Assembly: GCA_020137815.1 (NCBI GenBank)
Contig: CM035362.1
Coordinates: 4,774,001 to 4,838,000, forward strand
Length of the DNA: 64,000 bases
Reading direction: 5' to 3'
From: Hormiphora californensis
Taxonomy: Eukaryota > Animalia > Ctenophora
Of the stretch, positions 33,001 to 44,537 are shown piece by piece; positions within the stretch are counted from its first letter, which is position 1, and each line of letters begins with the position of its first letter. Below the pieces are notes generated by a model that saw only the letters and a program-made list of their open reading frames with translations, did not search any database and had not been told where the DNA came from. A program made the position numbers and the translations under genes.

Positions 33001-36000
33001 CCTCCAAAAAATCAGGGGGTGGGGGCGGTAACTCATCCGGGGGAGGTGGAGGAAGATCGATTGGAGAATCAGGTTTAGGAGGACATGGTTTCATCGGTGA
33101 GCTCTGTCGTCTCACTCTCCCGTTCATGGTGGATGCCAGTTTAGCTTGAACTGCAGCAAACCCGAACATCTCACTTTCTTGGTTAGAGGTTGGCATGGCT
33201 GGTGGAGGGGCTGTTGAATCAGGTTTACTGGGTAGGGAAAACACTGCTGGTTTAGCGGCTGGTTTAGGGGGAGATGGTTTATTCACCAGAGAGGGAGGAG
33301 ATGGTTTGCTAGTAATTGAGGGAGGTTTTCCCTGAACACCAGGACTTGGTAGTTTGAAGGAAGTGGGAGGTGGCAGGTCAGGTACTGCGACGACAGGAGA
33401 GGGCAGTTTCTGTTGCGGTGGTGATCGCTGCTGGGTCTGTTGGGGTGGTGATCGCTGCTGGGTCTGTTGCGGTGGTATTCGTTGTTGTTGTGGCACCGCA
33501 GGTTTTATAACGGGTACAACAGGTGAGGCTGCTTTCTTTTGGGTCACGTGACCGTTAACATAGCCATTCACAGTAGGGGTAACGGGCGGTGTGGTAGTTG
33601 CTGGGAGAGGTTCAGGAGCAGAGGTGGGAAGTGAGATAGGACCAGGAGTAGGGGCAGGTAAGTCGTGCTGTTCGGTAGCAGTTGATTTCTTTTCCGCTAC
33701 AAGACGTTCTATCTCTTGTGTTACCTAGAGGGGGAGCAGTCAGTGAGAATCCAAAGGTAACAATTAGGAACCGACCGACACAAGTAAACAGCCAATCAGA
33801 ACTCGTTATTTAGGTCACGTGACTGGTTATCAGCCAATCAGGGACCATTATTTCCTGATTCGGTCGGTTCCTGGTAACAATTAGGGTTCCTTGAACTTAC
33901 AGAAGTGAAATATTCAACAAGATCAGTAATATATAAAGGGGGTAAGAGCAGTAATAAAGGTATAAAGTGGAGGGGTGAAAAAGATGTAAACCAACAATAC
34001 AAAAAAGAAGATCTACAGGATATAGATCTATTAGATGCACAATATCATGCACAGTCACGAAATGGCAGCAAAGCTCTCTTTGAACTAGGCCAAGTCATGT
34101 TACATGTAATACGACATTGAAAACAAGACAACAACCTTGTTTTACTTGAAATACTAGTTTGGCTCTCCACCCCGGATCGAGCACTTTACAGGATCTCAAC
34201 TACCGAAATTCGAAAGTAGACAACAATCAAACAACTCTTACCTCTAATAGAACTGATGTCCTGTTTTCAGGTATTTTAGTGCCGTATTTTACAACTCGGA
34301 GGGCATAGAACCACCTGGTAATATCAATATCACTCTCAGCCGCAATACACTTGAGATCTTTTATCGCCACGCCGCTAGCAGCTCGACCCTGATAAATGAG
34401 TTGAGTTGTGAATTGTACCGCGTTATATTGTCTCTTTAATTTAACTTGAATGGTTTGACATTCAGTAGTAGGCAATATTCTAGGAAAAGTTTGACTTTGC
34501 TTGACATTTTGTCCAGCATCAGAGAGGGGAGCCGGGGAGCGCGTAGAGAAGAACTGAAATGGTCAAAAAAGGGCAAAACAGTGGCACAAAGAACCGGTTA
34601 ATTTGTCAAATATTAAGATTCCGAGTAGACTGTATTTTTTGAAGAAAGGGTCCCTTTCTATCGGGGGTGAACCATAGTAACTTCCTCACAACTTACATTG
34701 AATGCTAATGCGAAATCCGTGGGTGCTTTGTGGTCCGACTTTGGTTCAACACAAAAGTAAATCTGCACATCAGTTAGTGTTGTGAAACATGCCAGGTCTT
34801 GGGGAGACTGAAAAGAAATGGGAGTTACTACTAGGGATGTTACTAGGGGGTTACTAGGGAAGAATATATATAACGGGTCCAATATATATCCCGTTCAACA
34901 CAAAAACATAAATTCAATCAGAACTGTGTTTTAACAACCAAATTTAGTGTTTCCCACCAAAATTGCCCCAGTTGAAAGGCACATGAGACAACTCTTAACA
35001 AGATAGACACCGATATAATGGTACTAAATCAAATAAATTGACAGAAGCTTTCGAGAACACTGTGTTTCACGTCTTCAGGCAACTCTTACCCTGCTCTTCC
35101 CCTTGGTTGAGTAGTAAAGCCCGGAGGAACGTAACATGAAGAACTTCCTGCTCCAAGAATGCTTGGCGTCCTTAAAATGGAGATAACCCTCAATCGAGGG
35201 TGCTCTCTCCGAGAAATACTCCTGGGAGAAAGGGAGGTACGTTATTGAATGATGTGTTGTCTGGCGGCACCAGACCCCGTTTTGGTTCTCAAAACAGTGC
35301 GCTCAGATCTGATCGGCGTCGTCAGACTATCAATGTGTGTAGGACGTGAGAATGATGTTGGTTACATAAACCGATCAGCAGAAGAAGATGCTTTGGGACA
35401 TTTAAGGGTACGCTAACCAAAAATTTTTTTCGAGTGCAGGGAAATCTCTCACCGTAGGGTTGTAGGCCATGCCAAGGAGACCTCAAATATGCAATTTGAG
35501 CTCTCAAGTCGAATTCATATTTTTGCTACAGCTGTTTAAAAAGTGTCCTGTAAATACGTATTTGGCATCTCAAAAAAGTTTTTTTAAAGATAGGAGCATG
35601 AAAATTTGGGGATTTGAAGAGGACATGAAGGTGAATAACAGAAAAAAATTTTTTTTGCAATCCGAGCTGATTTCCGGTCCTGAGATGGATTTCTTTTTTT
35701 CCACTTTAACGCCCTATTTGGCAAAGTTCCGAAAACATGTGAAAAGCTGTAAATTGGTCAAAAGTTGCGTCTAACGATTCTCTATATGGCCATAAATTTT
35801 GGGCGCGTCCTTATTTGAGATAAGCTGTACAGAGTTTTTTTTGTGAAAGCCGTCATTTCAGAAATGAATAAATTCCCTGTATCTCAAAAACGGCTGATCG
35901 TAGAGACCTGAGACTATGCTTAAACGATTCAGAAGGTCCGATTTTGGGGGGGTCTTCTGAGAGACATTTTGCTCCTACTTCAACCGTTTTTGCTGTAATT

Positions 36001-39000
36001 GCGAAAAACAAAAACCCATCTTCGCCATCGTGGATTTTTTGTGATTTTGTTTTTGGTGATTATATGGACCCATATGGACCAAATAGTGAAGGAATTAGCT
36101 TGTTACACACTTTTCCATAGTTTCGGTCCTTTCTTAGCTAAAATTCCCTAATTTCAGGATATTGGAGTTTAGCTTTTGCCCTTTTCATAGAATTTGTTTT
36201 TCGCAATTACAGCAAAAACGGTTGAAGTAGGAGCAAAATGTCTCTCAGAAGACCCCCCCAAAATCGGACCTTCTGAATCGTTTAAGGGTACGCTAACCAA
36301 AATTTTTTTTCGAGTGCAGGGAAATCTCTCACCGTAGGGTTGTAGGCCATGCCAAGGAGACCTTAAATATGCAATTTGAGCTCTCAAGTCGAATTCATAT
36401 TTTTGCTACAGCTGCTTGAAAAATGAACTGAAAATAAGTTTTTGGCATCTTAAAAATACATTTGTAAAGATAGGATCATAAAAATTTGTGGATTTGAAGA
36501 GGACAAAGAGGTGAGTAGCCACAAAAAAAATTTTTGAAATCCGAGCTGATTTCCGGTCCTGAGATGGATTTCTTTTTTTCCACTTTAACGCCCTATTTGG
36601 CAAAGTTCCGAAAACATGTGAAAGCTGTAAATTGGTGAAAAGTTGCGTCTAACGATTATCTAAGTGGCCATAAATTTTGGGCGTGTCCTTATTTGAGATA
36701 AGCTGTACAGAGTTTTTTTTGTGAAAGCCGTCATTTCAGAAGTAAATAAATTCCCTGTATCTCAAAAACGGCTGATCGTAGAGACCTGGGACCATGCTTA
36801 AACGATTCAGAAGGTCCGATTTTGGGGGGGTCTTCTGAGAGACATTTTGCTCCTACTTCAACCGTTTTTGCTGTAATTGCGAAAAACAAATTTTATGAAA
36901 AGGGCAAAAGCTAAACTCCAATATCCTGTAATTAGGGAATTTTAGCTAAGAAAGGACCGAAACTATGGAAAATTGTGTAACAAGCTAATTCCTTCACTAT
37001 TTGGTCCATATGGGTCCCTATAATCACCAAAAACAAAATCACAAAAAATCCACGATGGCGAAGATGGGTTTTTGTTTTTCGCAATTACAGCAAAAACGGT
37101 TGAAGTAGGAGCAAAATGTCTCTCAGAAGACCCCCCCAAAATCGGACCTTCTGAATCGTTTAAGCATGGTCCCAGGTCTCTACGATCAGCCGTTTTTGAG
37201 ATACAGGGAATTTATTTACTTCTGAAATGACGGCTTTCACAAAAAAAAACTCTGTACAGCTTATCTCAAATAAGGACACGCCCAAAATTTATGGCCACTT
37301 AGATAATCGTTAGACGCAACTTTTCACCAATTTACAGCTTTCACATGTTTTCGGAACTTTGCCAAATAGGGCGTTAAAGTGGAAAAAAAGAAATCCATCT
37401 CAGGACCGGAAATCAGCTCGGATTGCAAAAACATTTTTTGTGGCTACTCACCTTTATGTCCTCTTCAAATCCCCAAATTTTCATGCTCCTATCTTTAAAA
37501 AAATTTTTTTGAGATGCCAAAAACGTATTTACAGGACATTTTTTAAACAGCTGTAGCAAAAATATGAATTCGACTTGAGAGCTCAAATTGCATATTTGAG
37601 GTCTCCTTGGCATGGCCTACAACCCTACGGTGAGAGATTTCCCTGCACTCGAAAAAAATTTTTGGTTAGCGTACCCTTAAGCATAGTCTCAGGTCTCTAC
37701 GATCAGCCGTTTTTGAGATACAGGGAATTTATTCATTTCTGAAATGACGGCTTTCACAAAAAAAACTCTGTACAGCTTATCTCAAATAAGGACGCGCCCA
37801 AAATTTATGGCCATATAGAGAATCGTTAGACGCAACTTTTGACCAATTTACAGCTTTTACATGTTTTCGGAACTTTGCCAAATAGGGCGTTAAAGTGGAA
37901 AAAAAGAAATCCATCTCAGGACCGGAAATCAGCTCGGATTGCAAAAAAAATTTTTTTCTGTTATTCACCTTCATGTCCTCTTCAAATCCCCAAATTTTCA
38001 TGCTCCTATCTTTAAAAAAACTTTTTTGAGATGCCAAATACGTATTTACAGGACACTTTTTAAACAGCTGTAGCAAAAATATGAATTCGACTTGAGAGCT
38101 CAAATTGCATATTTGAGGTCTCCTTGGCATGGCCTACAACCCTACGGTGAGAGATTTCCCTGCACTCGAAAAAAATTTTTGGTTAGCGTACCCTTAAAGT
38201 GGTTAAATAATATAGGGTTTGCAACAGGAACCGACCGAAACAAGTAAACAACCAATCAAAACTCGTTATTTAGGTCACGTGACTGGTTATCAGACAATCA
38301 GGGACCAGTATTTCTTGATTCGGTCGGTTCCTGGTTTGCAAAATGGTTATAAAGGTGGTTCAAGTATTAAGTATTTGCCGCACAACCACTTCAACCACTT
38401 CCAACTACCTCTGTCAGAATTTCCTCAATTTCATCCCGAGTTTTTCCCCGTGCCCGATCCGCTACAGAACCAGAGAAAAACACCTATAATCGGACACGTA
38501 TACAATCAGAGAGCGCTGTTTCAGCTGTCATGTCTGGCATCCCAATATATCGGGGACAGGCAGCGCATTTTGTGGGGGCTTTTCAGAGGTTAAGATAATT
38601 GATTCAGCTACAATTAAAAGTTTAGAAAAGGTACGGATAACATGGAATGTGGAGGGGAAGTACAATTATTAATTATCAACAAATAATTGACTTGAGACAC
38701 ACATTTCACGCACCTCAGGTTTTTCCAGAAACTCCCACTTCTTCTCATTCTCAACCAAACTCAGCCTGTTATTTGAGTTGGGTCCCCATGATTTGTAAAC
38801 TTTAACCACTTTCTCGTGGTCCTCTAATGTTCGCTCTGAAATGGAATATTGGATGTTAGAGTTGATTCATGGAAGTCTGTAAAGCAACAAGGGAGGCAAC
38901 GGGGAGAGGGGGGGTTCAACGACGGAGTAGAAATTGAAAAGTGGTGAGAAGACATACAAGTCACATGACACCGTCTACAAAAAGTAGACCAAGGGGTGCA

Positions 39001-42000
39001 AAAGAGAAGGGCAAACACGTGACACATGACACTGGATTTTCACAATAATAATTGATCCCAAATTTCCCCTCCCCGTGGGTGGGCTCTGCGCGCGAAACAG
39101 CCCGCGCACACACTGTCTACTTCTTGCAGTGGGGAGGGGGTGAAACTAGCGATATGGGGAGTGAGCGGCCGCGGGGGGTCTACCACGGCATATCCGAGAA
39201 ACAAACAACAACCCCACAACAGGGAACACAAGCTGCACTGTAGACACAAGTGGGGACACATTACTGAAAACACACAAAACAGAGGACCCACAATGATTGG
39301 AATTCAGCAGGAACCGACCGAATCAGGAAATACTGGTCCCTGCTTGGCTGGTATCTAGTCACGTGACCTAAATAACGAGTTCTGATTGGTTGTTTACTTG
39401 TTTCGGTCGGTTCCTGGAATTCAGAGGGTAGGAGGAAAGAGGCAGATCACAGGGGAGGAAAGTTGGCGGTTTGCTATCATCAACAAATCTACTGATTCAA
39501 ACACTATTTATTTTCACGCAACAATCATCAGCACTAAATCCCAAAAAAAGCAGCAGCTAAAAACATGATAGAGGTACACCACGGTGTATAAAAAGTGAAA
39601 CATAACTCTATGTGAACTTACGAAGTTGCCTTCCATTCTTCTTGGTGTTGTTAGCTGCAGTTTGAAATGAGGTTAAGTGAGGTTTGAGGTTAGGTGAGGT
39701 TTGCAATGAGGTTAAAGAGGTTTTAAAGTGGTTTGGAATGAGGTTTTAGGTGATGAAATACTCACAATTTGTGAGTTAAAAAGTAAGGTATAAGCAAGAA
39801 GGTGCACAGCACACGTATAGCAATATATAAACACACATCGCCCTTGACTAACCTGCACTCGCTTCCGTCAACTGTTCAACCAACGTTAAATTCCCAGATA
39901 GAGAGAGATCATTTTTCAGTGCCAGAGAGAGACAAACATCCCAAGCAGTTTGGTTTCTGTCAACTCGAACCGTTTTTACTAGACTTCCACCGTGCATATG
40001 GATCCTGATATTTTCCTGAAATAGTTTTGAAAATCCTTTTTTTTGCTCAATGCTCGACCATCTCTAACCGCACATCATTTAGAACATAATAACATCTTTA
40101 TACAAATTAAAAACATCTTTATATTTCGTTTTTCCTTCTACGTTATACGCAGCTAAGGGACTACTTGTTCTAACCCTCTTTACTAGAGGATCGAGCAAGG
40201 TAAGGGACCACCCTCGAGGCAACCCATGTAAGTAGTGGGTGCCATACATTCTGTAATGTTATTGTCTCACTACTGTATAATGTTAAAGTTTGCAACAAGC
40301 TGATATATAGGAGCTGGTGGAACACTGTCACGATATGTCACACGGTGTGGCCACTATCGTTTTTTACTGTCTACCCCGCATTCTTTCTTTCTCTCTTGTT
40401 CCTTCAAAGTAATAATAACAGCACGAATCAGTGATGATCCAAATACTCTCTCTATCTATTTTTCAATATCTCTCTCTTACTCTCTCTCTCTCTCTCTCTC
40501 TCTCTCTGCTAATTCCACACCTGCATTACCAGTGTACACAGTAAACATGAAGTGATGAAGATAAACATGACTAAAATATCGCCCCTCACCGTCCCACTCC
40601 CTACCACAGGACAGCATATCCAAAAGCAACAGCCTTCCCTCCTTTTTTCATCAAGAAATTAGCTCGCAAGGTTTTTCAGACTCCTCTGTCTTTTTTCCAC
40701 CGTACATTCCTCGACTCTTATACCAACTCCCGTAAATTCTTACACCTTTTCCCTTTTAAAAATGACATTTCCAGTATATTCTTCCCACGAAAATTTTCTC
40801 ACCAGATGGGTAGAGAGAGAGCGAGAGGAGAAAGAGACGAGAGACGATAGAGAGAGAGAGCGCAGAGAGCGAGAGCAGCAGAGAGCGAATAGAGACGAGA
40901 GAGATAGAGAGAGGAGAGAGAGAGAGAATTAAACTGATACACCTATTCTCTCACCCCATCCATTCAAGGTTTTCTCCTCACTCTGAGGTTCTCACTACCA
41001 ACCCTGTTTTAAAAAACAGCCAGTACATTATTATTATTATTCCCTAAATATCAGTCAGCAGTAGCAGCTGCTCTTGGCATGTCGCTATTCTTTCCCCAGG
41101 GATTACTTGTATGGTATTTGCCTTGCTACTGCACACAGCTCAATGGCTCTTTGGGGAGGGGGGCGAGACAAAAGGAGCAACTGCTAGGCCCTTCTAAGAG
41201 CTCTCTCCTGGTTGCCAACTTCATTCTTCAACCAGTTGATTCGGCTCTTCCCGGCCCCGCAGAGATAACACCTCTGATCTGGCTGATTCTTGTCACCGGG
41301 TATCGGTGGCTAAAAATACCAACCCCTTTTTTTATAAAATAGTCCCCTCGTTTAGGAAGGATACGAGGTTGGGGTGGGGAAGGGGTAATTACCCGGAAGA
41401 ACAATCACAGGGACGAGGGGAAAGGGGACGAGAGAAAGGGGCGAGAGAAAGGGACGAGAAAGAGAATTATATTATGTCGATCCCATGACAACAATCTTAT
41501 ATTATTTCCTGATTCTCTCTATCTCTCAAGAACCTCTTATAATCGTATAATTCACCAGTCTGACAAATAGAGGCACCAACCCTCTCTCTCTATTGAGCGC
41601 TCCGTTAGAAGTACGTCCGTTTTGTATCCAGATCTTCATGTCATTTCATTTCTTGGATGTCCAAAAACGCAAAGTGAATTTGATTGAAGCATGTCAAACT
41701 TACTTCGGCACCCCAATGCAATCACAATTCTTTATCTCACATGTCAGTACAAGAGTGCTTTCTTTCAAATAGTGACAACCTCTTTTTTACCACAATTATT
41801 GTCTCTACCACCAAAATAGGATAATTAGAGTTCTGTATAGAGAGAAAGATTTAAGAAGATATTATACCGCTCTGATGATTCGGCGGAACATCGCCAATAT
41901 TTTGGCATGTCTCTGTCGGGTATGGGCGGTATATAAGCGCGGAATATTATCATTATGAAGATCCCTACGTTTTGAGTTTAATAGTCCTGCTGAACAGATC

Positions 42001-44437
42001 CTTTCTCCGTATTAGGACTGAAACATCCCAGTTCTAATACGGAGAAAGGAAACATTTCAGTTCTAACAGGAACCGGCCGAATTAGGAAATACTGGTCCCT
42101 GATTGGCTAATAACCAGTCACGTGACCTAAATAACGAGTTCTGATTGGTCGGTCGGTTCCTGAATTATAATACGGAGAAAGGATTCCTCTGCAACAGTTA
42201 TAGCAAGATAGCTACGAGGGGTGGTTGGCGAGATCTGTAAGTGAATAGCTAGAAAACCATGCATGAATATAATGAAAGAGAGTGACTGCTCTGAACACAT
42301 CTAACACAGATCTGGAGGTGATACTCAATGCGATATAAGGTACTTTCTCAGTCCCCTTCTCCCCACATTCTCTTATTTCATGAGGGGGGTATCTCGCAAT
42401 ACATGTGTCATTTTCAGGTGGCTGAATGATATATCTGTGTGTACGTGTGATATATGTATACAACATGCACTCTGTCTACAGCATGAACTTCACATGAATG
42501 ACATTCCGGAACATCACTCACTATACATGATGAATGAATTTCATTCCATTTTCCAAATCACTACAATATGATGAATGAGTCTCATACCATTTTCCAACTC
42601 ACATGTTCACACGATGTAGTTTCTCTAAAAATATAAAGGTGCAGATATAATATCTCAGTAGAGATACAAAAGAATATATTGTTCTTCAAATAGAGGTCAC
42701 CCCTACAAAGTTCATTGTTATTTCCGCATCTTACTTCACACAACCCTCCCACAAAAGAAGGCTGGAACATTGTTCATACTCCGTTTTATATATTTGAAGA
42801 ATCTAAATGTCCCGAAAGTAAAGATTATAAAAGAAAGAAAAAGAGAGCATGAACCGACCGAAACAAGTAAACAACCAATCAGAAATCGTTATTTAGGTCA
42901 TGTGACTGGTTATCAGCCAATCAGGGACCAGTATTTCCTGATTCGGTCGGTTCCTGAAAGAGAGGGAGAAGTGCAAGAAAAGGAGGAGATTATCGGTTTT
43001 ATAATGATGGCAAAATAGTAGAGCTATCGTTACGATATATAATGAGATAATGAGTTAGCTGATCGATTAATCGATGAGCTTTCTCTAGGTTACATACGCC
43101 GTTTTGTGGGCAGAGTAGAGATCCAGAAAACAAAAATATGATGACCAAGTAATTTAGAGAGATTGTAGTGGCCAAATTTACCTTCAAATTGCAGTTCTAT
43201 TGTCATAACAAAGATCTTTTGTCTGTGTAAGGAATGGACGACACAGTTTTGGAAAGAAGCAAACTAAACCAGGAGCAAACACGGCATAATATCCTACCAC
43301 TACTAGAGGGATAGTGAGAGGAGCCTGCCTGCCAATGGGGCATTATATATTCAGGGTAGAGCTGTCTATACCATCCAATAGCTCTTTATAGGCTCTCTCG
43401 CTCTCTTTCTCTCTCCCTCTCTCTCTCTCTCTCTCTTTATCTATCTCTCTATCTCCTTCCCAGCTACTCTTTGTCTCTTAATATACCCACTCTGCATGCC
43501 GCTAGGACACCCTCTCTTTCTCTGGCACGTCTATAACCCATTATAAATCTCTCCCTGTACCTCTCTTTATCCCACGTACATTTTTCTTTTCACGGCCGCT
43601 TCTCAACATCTTTCCTTCCCCTCACTTCTTTTGATGGATGTTTGATGGGGTATACTCAAATTAGAGGCCAGCTTTGACAGCCAGGACTTGTTCCGTGTAC
43701 CAAATTTCCTGTTTATTAACTCTTTCTGAAGCACACCGCACTGTATCTCCCCCTTTCTAATGCTCTTTCAATTTACTGTATCAGGTACTCCCTGTTCCCA
43801 CCGCTCCGATCTCAAAACTAATCGCGTATTCCCGCCTGATGCAAGTACTCTCTTAACAGTTTCACATTTGAAACAGAACTATTTAAAGGTGTCAGAAATT
43901 GGAACTTAACTACATTCATTTTGCTCATCAATGTGATCCATAAATTCAAAAAAATGTCACAACAAACAAAATTGAGAAACATGTTGGTTTGTTCGTTCTA
44001 TATATAAACTCATTCCAAAAAAATAAAAAGATAAAAGGGGTCCTATTTTTTCTCCCTGGGCCCGGGTTTTTCTCTCTCCTTGCCAATCACACCCAGTGTA
44101 AAAAAGGGCGGCTTCGTATGCAGGCAGTTAGCCAAGTGAGAGAAGAGGGAGAGAGAGGAGAGGAATGAGGGAGACAGAGGACAGAGAGACAGCGAGAAAG
44201 AGGGAGAGAGAAACGTGATGCAAATGGGGGCCTATTTTTTAGTATGACTTGATAGTCGATGTAACTTGTAAGTAGACACGAGTGGGCACACATATTTCCG
44301 CCCACTTGGATCATTTTAAAAGTTCAATTCTCACAAGATACTGAATCACATTATGCACATGTTACAGATACCGGAAACCCATGACGAGATAGAAAGAGAA
44401 AGAGGGAGAGAGAGAGGGAGAGAGAGGGAGAGAGAGG

Positions 44438-44477
<40 letters not shown>

Positions 44478-44492
44478 TAGAAAGAGATAGAA

Positions 44493-44537
<45 letters not shown>

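Noticed and set aside
39665-39752. Telomere-like TGAGGTT repeats
   Set aside because: Irregular and not TTAGGG; a degenerate simple repeat.
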